Assembly (NCBI GenBank): GCA_938091905.1
Contig: CALKOM010000140.1
Coordinates: 1-35,548 of the forward strand
Source: an uncultured Verrucomicrobiales bacterium
GTDB taxonomy: Bacteria; Verrucomicrobiota; Verrucomicrobiia; Verrucomicrobiales; DEV007
Direction of reading: 5' to 3'
Length of the DNA: 35,548 nt
Shown: one piece after another, positions 8,779 through 19,629 of the stretch
Layout: every line of letters starts with the position of its first letter
Numbering within the stretch: the first letter of the stretch is position 1
Notes under the pieces: model-generated
Told to the model about the DNA's origin: nothing
Databases searched by the model: none
The model's input: only the letters and a program-made list of their open reading frames with translations
Position numbers and translations under genes: made by a program

Positions 8779-10050
8779 CTAGCCGCGATGGCTGGCGATG
8801 TCATTGAAGATGGCTTGAGCCATGGCACCAGCGACCGTAGCACGGACTTGGTGTCGTTGACTCCCTGTCAGAAGGTTGCCCACGATGGGATTATCGATGA
8901 AATCGAACTCGAGGTAAGCATGCCGCACGGGATGGTGAGCTGCGGTATTCCCCTGATAAGGGTCGCTGGAAACAGAGGTGGCGTAGGGCGCCGGAGCGCG
9001 TTTGTTGGCCCCGCGTTCATACACTTTGAAGGCATTGACGACTGCAGTCACGAGACGGTTGGCCAGCGCCGTGTCCTCTGCAAAGTTGATGTTGCCTTTG
9101 GCCGGGGTGCGTTGCACTTCAAGGGTGCCGCGTTTCGTGCCGTCGAATCCATTGAAGTGAATGGTAACGAAAGCATCTGCACCCAGGTTACGGGCGAGCT
9201 CAGCGCGATTGCGTCCGGTGACATTGATGTCGCGATCTCGAGTCAGAGCGACGCGACTGGGAAGGCCTTGGCCTTCATAACGCTGAGTCACGGCTTTCGC
9301 TAGTTCTTTGCCATAGTCGAGTGTGAGGGTTTTCTCCAAGACGCCGTTGGGAGTTCGGCTGTTGTTGAAGCTTGAGCCCGCGAGGTTCGTGTGCCCGCCA
9401 TGTCCAGGATCGATCACGATGACTGCTGGGACAGAGAATTCCAACCCATTCCCAGCGCGCGGATTCATGGCGGAACTGACAAAGACACGCCCGCGATTGA
9501 GGACTTTGGCAGGCATGCTGATCCTGACTTTGGTACGACCCCGAGAATCGAGACGATTGAATGGCGTGATGGCACCTGGAGGCGTGCTGAAAACAGGGAC
9601 GCCGTTAGGCGGACGACCACGGAGTCGTCCGCCGAAGGCTTGGAAATTCCAATTCACCGCAGTGTTGGCAAAGATCTGGCGTGGATTGAACTGAACCTCA
9701 ACGTCGCGATAGGCCACTTTGCTAGGATAAGGAGCTTTCACCAAGCGATTCACTGCTGGTGGTGGATAAGCACGGGTTGACCCACGCATCGTTTTGCCTG
9801 CGCTCGTCGTTAGTTTGGGAGCCAGTGAGACAAACTCGACGCGGACGTTTCCAGGAACCGGTTGTGGCTGCGGCAGCGAAGGCACGCTCCCGACCGGGAC
9901 GAGCGGCGGACGTGGTTGCGGAGCGGGCTGAGGCGTGGGTTACGGAGACGGCCTACCACCGAGCCCCGGTCTAGCAGGAAAGGGCGTCGCCCAGCTCGAT
10001 ACGAAGAGCACCAATAAGACAAGTATTTCCAAGAAGTGCGACGGTTTCAT
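8779..10050 (-). pseudogene. N-acetylmuramoyl-L-alanine amidase (Amidase_3), secreted, with a premature TAA
   Basis: ATG 10050 starts signal peptide MKPSHFLEILVLLVLFVSSWA. In-frame TAA at 9940-9942 lies in a Pro/Gln linker (RPSP*PTPQPAPQP, likely CAA>TAA). Catalytic motifs VIDPGHGG, LEK, FVTIHFNG and YLEFDFIDN are intact. Confidence 0.88.
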
Positions 10051-10226
10051 GGAATATGACTATTAGATCATATTTACCAATTAGTAAAGTTGGTATTTAG
10101 TAGGTGTGAAAGACTAAAATCATTATGGATGGATTACTCTTAAGCCACTGCTAGTGAATCTGCCGAGTGGCAGAGACGCCATACCTTATTCCATGCCGTG
10201 TTGCCGCAGGTTAGGTATAGAGTTCT

Positions 10227-10295
10227 TCTCACACGAAGGCACAAAGTCCTTCACCTACCAGCCCAATGCTCAACCCTTCGTGTCTTCGTGTGAGA
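10227..10295. repeat. 20-bp inverted repeat (18/20) with a 29-nt spacer, built from CACGAAG units; REP-like or terminator hairpin
   Basis: TCTCACACGAAGGCACAAAG (10227-10246) versus CTTCGTGTCTTCGTGTGAGA (10276-10295), 15 bp downstream of the A2M stop. Confidence 0.8.
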
Positions 10296-10310
10296 TTTGT
10301 GACAGGGCTG

Positions 10311-13300
10311 CTAGTCTACAATTTGGAGCTTGATCTCTTCCGAATTACCTTGGAGTTCGGGGGCATACATTCCTGAGATACTCGCGGGCAACGCGCTGAA
10401 CTTGCCGGGGACTTCTGCGCGAACGCGGTAGGTGAGTGTGTGTTTTCCCCGTGCGAGTTGCTGGGCGAAGAAGGCGATGTGGTCGTCGCGGAATTCGCGG
10501 TAAACTCGGAGACCATTTCTAGCATAGCCACTGCGGACATCGACGGGTTCGAATCCAGCAGGTTTGCGATCTTTGATTATGAGGTACTCGTAGTCGTTCT
10601 TGCTCTCAAGGATCAGCTCGACTTCGACTAAATCTCCGCTTTTGAGTTCGGTCTCTGGTGTGATGAGGGAGCGTTCGTATTTCTCGATGTTCTGGTCGAT
10701 GACTTGCCCGCTGCTTCCGGAAACTTTCTTGCTGGTGTCCACTCTCGTCAGGCGATGGAACATGCGTTCTGCACGCAGCTCGAGACCGGCGCTGGGGGTG
10801 TGATCTTCAAGGGAGAAGGTATTTAAATACGTGTTGTGGTAGAGAGGACCTTTGCCTGATTTGGTCAGGCTGACGGTGTGATTCCCCGTGGTGACCTCGC
10901 TTCCGCTGAGAGTGAACGTGCCATCAAAGGTGAAGAGTGTTTCGGGCGTGATCGTGACTTCTTGCTGCTTCCCACCGTCGAGGCTGAGCGTGACGGTCAT
11001 GTTTGGTTGGTCTTCATCGCAGGCTTTTAAATAATCGGCCATGGCTTCGACGCAGATAGCGGTGTCGCGTGTGCTGTTCCAGCGGGAACCGTGTTTGCGA
11101 TTGTTGAGCAGGTAATTGACGAGGCCTCGTGCTTCATCGCTCTTCGGTTTCACGAGTGCTAGGAGCTTTAGGTAGTAGGCGTTGGCCTCGTATTCACTGC
11201 CATACCAGCGCCACCAGTAGCCGCCATTTCCGAGATCGAGGTAGGCCGTTTGGTTCTCCTCATCGCGTTTGAGGAACTGCTTGATATTGCGCAGTAGCAT
11301 GTCGCGTTCATTGAACCGGTCTAAACGATGCATGGCGATGCCGAGTATGCCCTTGGCGTAGACCGAGAGTTTGTTCCGATCTCGGTAGAGGAAGTCCCGC
11401 ATGCTTGTATTCTGTTTCGCGGCATCAACCAGGGTCATGAAGACAAGGGCGTCGAGGTTGTCAGCGAACTGTTTCATCTTCACGTTGGGAAGTTTTGAGC
11501 CCCAGCGTTTGATCTTGGCGACTTCGCCTTTCTGATAGTTGGCTAACCAGCTGATTCCGCGATCAAGCATCCCTGGAACCAGCGCTACGCCGCTCTGTTT
11601 GGCACGCTGTAAACCGTGAACGACGACTGCTGTGGTGTGTGGGTAGGAGCGTTCTTGATCACCCGAGAACCATCCCCAGCCGCCATCGCGATTCTGCATC
11701 GACGTGAGGGCGAGGAGGCCTTCCTTCACCATGTTCGTGACCTCGGCCTCATCGTAGACGGGATTCTCTTCGTAGTGTTGCCATTGTTTGGCCCGCTCTT
11801 GCGCATTTCCAAGTTCTTGTAGACTGAGATTCATGCGTTTCGCTTTCACGGTAGCAAGATCAACTTTCATGTCCTTGAGGATGCGCTGAGTGATGACGGT
11901 CGGGACGAAACGGTTCAGTGTTTGTTCAGTGCATCCGTAAGGGTTAGTTCACCAAATAGGGGAGGGCATCGACCATGGCGGTGGCGATGCTAGGCGAGTA
12001 GCGCACTGTAAGTTGGCTGGCTTCTGGACGCCGCTGTTCAGGAACGTCGATGACAATCTCATCACGGGTCTCGTTCGGACGGATAATCCCGCTCCAACTA
12101 TCGGTCTTGGGGACGCCGTGCACTTGAACTGGGTAGCGCATTTCCATGGCATCGGACTCGACGTCGGTTAGGGCCTTCATCGTAATGAAGGCCTCGCCTT
12201 CGTGTTGGGCTCGAACACGCCAGTCAATGCGCTGTTCCCCACCTGCGGAAATCTCGACGACCTGGCTCGATGAAACGTCAGGCAGGAGTGTGAGTGTCTC
12301 ACCGCCGAGTTCGATCGAAACCGTGACTGGCTTTGCGGCATCGAGGTAGTTGTGCACATTGGCACTGAGAACAAACTCGTCGCGCTCGGTGAAGAAGCGC
12401 GGCGCCTGCATGCGAAAAAGGAGATCTTTGCTCGTGATGACCTCAGTCTCTCCCTGGCCGACGATGGTGCCATGTCCCATGCTCCATGATTTGATCTTCC
12501 AAGTGGTGAGGTTCTCTGGCATGGGGATGTCGAGATCCACTCGGCCATCAGCATCAGTCACGAGGGTAGCGGACCAATAGGCGGTGTCCGCGAAGTTCGA
12601 ACGTGCTGTGGGTTCAACGAGCGGGCTTCCTTCATCGTCTGACAGGGCAGATCCGGCACGTAGGCCGGCCGCCACCGGAGATGCTGCGGCCATCGGTGCG
12701 GGCATGGCATCCGATTCTGCGACCATCATTTCTGCTTTCATGGCACCGCGTTTCATGAGTCTTTCTCCGAAGCCGTAGCTTCGGCTCGTTGGTCTGGACA
12801 ATTCTCCCCCAAAGGCTCCTAATGTTTGCATGGCCGCCTTGCCTTTTCGTAGGCCAGCCTCAAAGCGTAGGTTCACACTGTCCTCTATTTGTGGTTGATG
12901 CTGCCGCCGCCATTTCCAGAAGAACTCGCGGATGTCTGGCGTATTGCTTCCTCCAGAAATATACTCTATCGCTTTGTTATAGACAGAAACGATGGTGGCG
13001 CCGGTGAATGGCTTGCCTAAGTGATCCCTGATTTGAAGGGTGATCTTGGCAGACTCTCCGGGTTTGTAGGTTTCTTTGTTTGGTAGAACCTAGATCTCGG
13101 CCACGCGTGTTGCTGGTGGCACAACGATCTCACGGGTTTCCGTGTGTACTTTGTCTCGACTCACGGTCACGGCTTCTACAAAGAAGTTTGGCATGTCTTT
13201 CGTTGCCACAGGAATCTTGAACACCGTGCTTTTGCTGGTCTTGCGAAGGATTTCAGGCCTGAGGTAGGTGCCGTTGCTAGGGCGGACGAAGAGGAGGACT

Positions 13301-16230
13301 ACGGCGCCCTCTTTGTCCGTGTTGACCATGAGCTCAACGTCGTCGCCTGGTGCATACTCGCGTTGGTTGGCAACGATCTCGATATCATTGAAATGGTATG
13401 ACTTGCCGTCGAATCCATCGCCACGAACGACAAAGAGGTAAGCGCCTTCGCGCTGACGTCCTTTCGCATCGGTCAGGGCGAAGCTTAGGCGATACTGTCC
13501 CCACTTGGCGGCGGTGAGTTTTTGTTGCACGCAGCCCTCTTCATCAGTCTCCAAGTCCCAAGTATCGACGGCTGTTTCCTGTGGGTTTCCCTCTTCATCG
13601 TAGATGACATTGTAGAGGGTGAGCGTCCCCTTGCCGGAGACAGGTTTGCCATCAATCGTGCGTGCGCAGGAACTCGCCCGGATGGTGTCTCCTGCTCGGT
13701 AGTGACCTCGATCTACCCACACATTCACCTGAAACGGTTCGCGAGCCACAGATACCTTGCCGGTTCCAACGATGGTTCGCCGAGACCCGTCGCGCACCTC
13801 TGCGGTAATTTCATAACGATGATCTTGGTCGCCGTGGATGGCTTTTGTTAGCTTCGTGTCGATTTCGAAATCCACGGTGCCGTCGGCTCCGATGGGCACT
13901 ACGCGTTCCGCGATAAGTTCGGGAGGGGCGTACGATCGGCTCCAGCTTGGCACGGGGCACCGGCAACCCCAGCGTCTCCAGCCGGGATACCATTCGTAAT
14001 CGGGCGTGAACCACCAGTAGCCTGTTCCGTAGAACCAGTCCCAGGGCATGGGAGCGTACCATCGATCATCCGCTGGCGTGCGCATGACTTTGTACTTCAC
14101 GGTCGCCTTCGTGACGGGTGCGCCAAAGTAGTAATTTGCCTTGATCTTGGCTGTAATCGGATCGCCGAGCATAACAGGGTCGTCTGGAGCTTCGACAGAC
14201 ACCTCGAACTCAGGCTTCTTGTATTCTTCGACTTGGAACGAATTGCCGCCCTTGCTTCCCTGGACGTTCTCTAAATGGAGGCGGTAGACACCGAGAGCAG
14301 CTCCTTTGGGCAAGGCGTGCGTTTCAGAGAATCCGCCGTAGGCATCTGTGGTGATGTCTTTCTTGAGGATCTCTTCACCCTGCGGGTCGGTGATGATTAG
14401 TTTGAATGTTTGATTGGCAAACTGACTGACATTGTCCTGATCATACTGTGCGTGGCGTACCCAGGCATGGAACTGCACCTCCTGTTCGGGGCGATACACC
14501 GGGCGGTCCGTGACGAAGAGTGTTTTGGTTTGCCTGTAGTCGGCATCATGGTGATTGCGCCAAGTACTGGAAAACCCATGGTAGGCGAAGCGACCGTTGT
14601 CAGAGCGAACGGTCGCAAGCCATTGGTAGCCTTTGCTCTGAGCTTCTGACAGAATGATTTGCCCGTTGGCATCCGTGAATTCAGCGAACTGCTTCGTGAT
14701 GATATCGTAGCGGCGGCGGCTGAGAAAGCGCTTCTTCTCCAAGCGCTCGCGCTTGGAGAAGAAGAACTCAACATTCGCTTTGGCCACAGGCTGGCCATTG
14801 ATGGCATCGGCGACGTAGTAGTAGGTCTCGCCGTTGAGTGGTTTCTTCACAATGGCCGTGTCGTGTAACCAAACGACAATGTTAGATTCGTGGCCATCGG
14901 CCATGGTTGCTCTGACGAGGTAGCCGCCCGCTTTGGTGAGGGGTGTCTCGATGTCGGCTCGCGTGTCCCAGTGATTTGACTTTGGTGTGAGAGTTTCTTC
15001 CCATCTGGCAACTTCCTTGCCTACGTATTTCATCCAGCTCTCGCTAATAAGCTGGTAGCCAATCCGATTGAGGCGAACTTCTTCGCGATTGGAGTCCAAA
15101 GGATTCTTTCGCAGAAAGTCCTTCACACTTTTTAACAATGCCTCTGTTTTCACTTCGAATGCTCGCAGAGTCACCTTGGTGCCATTCCGATAGACGAATC
15201 CCAAGGATGCGGGCTTGCCGGCAGGGAACCCAAGCGCGCCGTCGAATTTGCCCCAGGCTTGCTCGATCTGTTCGACCTGCTTGCGGCGCCAGTTGTCGCG
15301 CCCCTCTCCAAACTTGGAAATGGACGCTTTCCATGCTCTCGCGGCTTGGGGGAATTGGCGTCGGTTTGCATAGATCCGGGGGAGTTGATCGGAGGCCTGC
15401 TCTGCGTGCGACTTGAACTGTGTTTCGGTGGCAATGCGTTGCAGCCATTTGAGATGATTGGCGTCATCTGGGAGCGTGATCCGCTTGGAGCCCGTGACTA
15501 GTTGGCAAAGAGTTTCCGTTTCTTTGAGGGTGTGCAGCGACCAGACGTTCTCTGTCTGATCTTCGCGATCAAACCAGTCGCCGAAGCGCTGTCTCATGGT
15601 GTGCACGCCGAACTGTTGTTGGAGAAACTGTGCGTATCGCATGGCGGCACTGCCTGCCTGAGACGGGTCTGTGGAAGACGCTTTCCCTAACAGGTAACGC
15701 TAACGCTCGCCATCGTTTTTGGATGTTTCCCAGGAGGTAAGCTTCTCATAAAGAACAGGGGAGCCATCTGGCTGCACGGGAGTGCCTTGACCAGAGCCTC
15801 CGTGGTAGCCGTAGCGGCCATCGTCGAGATCGGGAAGGCTGGAAAGATCTGTGAGGATCTGTAGTTGCCAAGCTGCCCGTGTATTCTGTAGTCGATTGGC
15901 GGCTTCAGAATAGAAGGTGCCTAACGATTCAACATCGGCATTTTGAGGGATGCGTGTCATCGTTTGCACGACGAGTTGCATCGAACGCACGCGATCGCGT
16001 TCTTGCGCGTTTATGTAGGTGCCACCACCACGGTGATTTCCTCTTACAAAGACGGTATCCAAGATAACGCCATGGTGTGGGATTTGACTATGGAGCGTGG
16101 CGGCTTTGGCAAATACCTTCCAGTCGAGGGCGTAACGTTGAATACTCTCTTCGAGAAAGACATCCGCGTCTTGGAGCTGATCGTTCCGATGGTGATTTCG
16201 GAACGATGCTCTAACGCTGACAGTCTGGTG
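10311..16230 (-). pseudogene. Bacterial alpha-2-macroglobulin (YfhM-like, PVC type), multiply disrupted
   Basis: Four ORF-track pieces form one ~1970-codon gene with motifs TDRPVYRP, FQVEEYKKPEFEV, RSNFADTAYW, MPENLTTW, PRFF, thioester YPYGCTEQ, QNRDGGWGWF, WNSTRDTA and MYAPEL. Lesions: TAG 15700-15702, TAG 13090-13092, +1 nt at 11943-11946, and a missing start/signal peptide. Confidence 0.93.
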
Positions 16231-16480
16231 TTAGCACTACTGTGCGATTCGGGTCACAGAACAGGGCTGTTCACTGATTAAGTAATGGGGTGTCGTCAGG
16301 GACTTGGAATACCTCTGGGTCACCGCCCATCAGGGCTCCTGAGGCCTGGGGATCTACGAGATTAGGAACTCTGTCAGAGACTATATCTTCGAAGTCGTAG
16401 TGAAGGACCAGCTTTGCGGACTCTTTTTGAGCTGTAGCCGTAGCCACCCCGAAGGAAATTAATAACATCAAAGCCTTCAC
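16211..16480 (-). pseudogene. Remnant of a secreted protein with a LamG-like N-terminus
   Basis: GTG 16480 starts signal peptide VKALMLLISFGVATATAQ, followed by LVLHYDFE. After an in-frame TGA at 16271-16273 the frame reads TALFCDPNRTVVLTPD, then runs into the truncated A2M frame. Confidence 0.5.
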
Positions 16481-16582
16481 GACTATATGGTAACAACACA
16501 AATTTGCTCAAGTGTCGATATGAGCGTCGTCGAGGCTGGAAAAAGGGGCTTGGTCGTGGGGCGGCAGGGAACTAGGCGCAGA

Positions 16583-18797
16583 CTAGAGGCCCAGCGGCGT
16601 GTGGTTCAGCGCGATTGGCTCGACCACATCCTTATCTTCATGCAGCCGGATGGTCTGATCAGCCTTCAGATTTTGGAAGCGTTGTGTCTTACCCGTGGTG
16701 AGCCAGAAGACTTCGAGTGATTGTACCTTTGTCGCTTTGCCCAGGCCAAACCAAGGGCGCAGCGGATTAGAGCCGAAGCTACTTCCAGAATCGACCCATC
16801 GGTAGACGGAACGTGTCTTCCCATTATCGACGAACGTGGCTTTCAGGCGTGCGCCGATTGCACAGCGTGGTGAGGTCTTGCCGACTAGTTTTACGCTGAG
16901 CCAGTGATTGCCGAAGCCAGGGTTCTCGAAGAGAGCGTCGTAATATTTATCTACGGGAAAGGCTCCTCCCATTTGCGCGAAGATGTCCAAATCACCATCA
17001 TTGTCGAGATCGGCAAAGGCGATGCTGTGGCCTTTCTGCAAATGGCCGAAGCCTCCTCCCAGGGTGATATTCTCGAAAGACTTACCGTCCCGATTAAGAA
17101 ACATCAAAATTGGGGTGATGTTAGATAAGCCCGTGTTGCCCGTGCCAAGGTAGAAGTCTAACCAACCGTCGTTGTTGAGATCCCCAAAGTTGCATCCCAT
17201 TGGCATGGTGGGGAGCACGAGGCCTGCGCTGCGGGCAGCATTCTTGAATTGGCCATTGCCGCTGCTTAAATGATGGCCTGAAAGATGTTCGTCTCTTGTC
17301 TTGAAGCCAAAGTAGTAAGAGCCAGTCAAGCCGGCATCGGGTGAGAAGAACGGGATAAAGACATCCAACGCGCCATTATTATCGGCGTCCCAGACCCACA
17401 ACGGGAAGCTCCGGCTGGGCTGGTCAAGGCCTAACGTTTTAGTGACATCCCTAAATGTACCATCTTGTTGATTGCGATAGACACGGTTAGGCTCGTCCAT
17501 GTTGGAAAGGCAGAGGTCCGGATAGCGATCCCCATCCAGATCTCCCCAAACTGCGCCTTTGGTGAAGCGGCCGTTGGCGATACCTGCTGCCTTGGAAACA
17601 TCTGTAAAAAAAAGTTCTCCGTCATTGCGATAAAGCTGGCATGGGGCCTGGATGGTTGCTGTGGTTTCGTTACCGATAAATAGGTCGAGATCCCCGTCGA
17701 GGTCGTAGTCCGCCCAATCTGCGGTCTGGGTGGGATAGTGATTCTGGTTGAGGCCAACCTCTGCGGTGACATCAGTGAATTGTGGGATTCCGTCTGCGTT
17801 AGGGCCGTTGTTTCGAAGGAGAGAGTTTGGATGGCGACCTTTGTCCGCTAACCAAGCGCCACGGAGGACCAGAATATCCAAGTGACCATCGTTGTTGTAA
17901 TCCGCGTGGACGAGGTTCAATCCTCCTAACTGGTGTGTTAGTCCCGCTTCTTCTTGAACTCTACGAAAAGTGCCATCCCGGCGATTGAGGAACAGAGTTG
18001 GAGCCTTGCTCGTATTCCAAGTAGAGACGAGGACGTCCAAATAATCATCGCCGTTAAGATCGTCAACAATGGCGCCCCCAGCGAGGCTGAATGTCGTGAG
18101 GCCTGATTTTAATGCGATGTTAGTAAAAGCTGGGAAGGTCGATGACTTGGTGACCCGCTCGGGTAAGGCACGGTGTTCTGGTGGAACCATGTCAGGGTAG
18201 GCGCCTACAGTCATGGCCGATAGATTGAGTAACCACCGAGCGGAATGGTATCGCGGGCTATCCGGCGTGAGGATCTGCAAGACGCGAGCAAAGGCGGTCA
18301 TGGCATTGCGTGATCCTTCGGGTTTGCTGTGAAGGCCACCGCCTTTCAGTGGGAGAATGCAGCTTTCTGGAGAGTGTTGCTGGCAACAGTTCTGGGTTTC
18401 GCCATAGCGAAGGTAAGCGAGGCCGAGGAAGAAGAGAGACTCTCCTAGTTGCTTGGGCGAGACCTTGGCTTGTCTAGCTTTCTGAAACCCCTGACCTAGC
18501 GTTTTCACGGCTTCTTTTTCCAGCCCAAGCTTTAGTTGAGCGATACCCAAACTCTGCATGGCTAGGGCTGTGGATTCTGGTGGAGTTTGAGCGGTGGCCT
18601 GCGCCAAACGGCCCTTCCAGAGCTGGATCGCGTGGCTACCTAGAAAGGTATTGTTAGAAGCTGTCTGATCCCGGATTTTGACGAGAGCTTCTTCGATTTT
18701 TGACGAGAGCTTCTTCGATGGGTGAGAGCTGTGCTATGGAGGTTTTAAGCAGAACAAGGGTAGTGATGAAGGAGAGCCACGATGGCGACATTCTCAT
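16583..18797 (-). pseudogene. TPR + FG-GAP/VCBS repeat + ASPIC/UnbV (CRTAC1-family) protein, frameshifted after the signal peptide
   Basis: Multiple DxNxDGxxD repeats (DLNGDDYLD, DYNNDGHLD, DYDLDGDLD, DLNNDGWLD, DLDNDGDLD) and a C-terminal ASPIC/UnbV region (NHWLSVKLVG...AIGAR...FGLG). ATG 18797 encodes MRMSPSWLSFITTLVLLKTSIAQ, which joins the main ORF only if the 22-bp duplication is removed. Confidence 0.88.
18676..18719. repeat. Perfect 22-bp tandem duplication
   Basis: TTTTGACGAGAGCTTCTTCGAT at 18676-18697 and 18698-18719. Confidence 0.97.
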
Positions 18798-18909
18798 AGG
18801 GGATTCTCAATACAAAGACTTTGGCAGTCCTACAAGGCAGGGCCTTGGAAATGTTCAATCATTGAAGAAAGCAGTCGGTGACGAGATTGCCAAAGCCCAT
18901 TATTATGAC

Positions 18910-19629
18910 ATGTGTTGGGCGGTGAAATGCTCTTGCTGTGGTGCTAATCTGACCGGCCTGAATCCTACGTGTGGGTTCTGTGGATCTCGTGAGCAGATCG
19001 ACCTGCTTACAGTGAATAGGCGAAACCTCGGGCTGGCGGAAGGCATGGAATGCCCGCGATGTGAAGCCTCTCTTGAGGTTTGGAAGTTGGCTCCCACTTC
19101 GGTTGATGTGGATCTAGCTGTCGAGCGATGCCCGGGATGCCATGGCATCTTCTTCAATCCTGGCGAGCTGGAGGCGTTTCTCCAGCATCAAGTCGTCGCC
19201 ACGACTTGGTTGGATCTTGAGAAGCTGGAGACCATGCGTCCGACGGAGACGGATGTGTTGGGAAAGCTTGGTGTTCGTGAGCGACACTACTTGCCCTGTC
19301 CTACATGCAAAGAGATCATGAACTCGCAGAACTTCGGTCGCCGGAGTGGCGTGCTCGTTGATCTCTGTCGCGCGCACGGTATTTGGTTAGACGGCGGCGA
19401 GCTGAGGAAAGTGTGTGAGTGGTGGCGCGCAGGTGGCGCGCACGTTGACACGGCCAATGAGACCAAGCGTTCTCTCGCCATGCAGAGGACGCGCGAGCCC
19501 CGGATCCCACGTTCTGTCAGCTTGCCGTTTGAATCTGATGACGCTGAACGACGCTGGACACGTAGTGGCAGTGGGACCGTTGAGTTAGTCTCCATTCTTA
19601 CTGCGATTATAGGTTATTTCCTAAGCTGA
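18910..19629 (+). CDS. Multi zinc-ribbon protein (two zf-TFIIB-like domains) with a hydrophobic C-terminal tail
   Basis: CSCCG..CGFC; CPRC...ERCPGCHGIFFNPGELE; CPTC...VDLCRAHGIWLDGGEL; tail LVSILTAIIGYFLS. Start is ATG 18910 or GTG 18922; the ORF-track start at 18700 overlaps the opposite gene. Confidence 0.8.
   Translation: MCWAVKCSCCGANLTGLNPTCGFCGSREQIDLLTVNRRNLGLAEGMECPRCEASLEVWKLAPTSVDVDLAVERCPGCHGIFFNPGELEAFLQHQVVATTWLDLEKLETMRPTETDVLGKLGVRERHYLPCPTCKEIMNSQNFGRRSGVLVDLCRAHGIWLDGGELRKVCEWWRAGGAHVDTANETKRSLAMQRTREPRIPRSVSLPFESDDAERRWTRSGSGTVELVSILTAIIGYFLS

Noticed and set aside
8775..8782. CTAGCTAG as an IS excision footprint
   Set aside because: It coincides with the amidase stop codon and CTAG is frequent in this window, so it cannot be distinguished from chance.
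10051..10226. Structured ncRNA or riboswitch upstream of the amidase
   Set aside because: Only short hairpins (e.g. TCTGCC-GAGT-GGCAGA) and AT-rich promoter-like DNA; no motif I recognise.
7879..16273. Stop-codon reassignment or amber readthrough explaining the in-frame stops
   Set aside because: All three stop types occur (TAG, TAA, TGA) at positions implying different residues (likely W, E, Q). Frameshifts also occur, and TAG terminates intact genes such as obgE and lpxA-pathway neighbours normally.
7916..18719. The 25-bp and 22-bp repeats as CRISPR remnants
   Set aside because: The copies are directly adjacent with no spacers, lie within coding sequence, and no cas genes are present.
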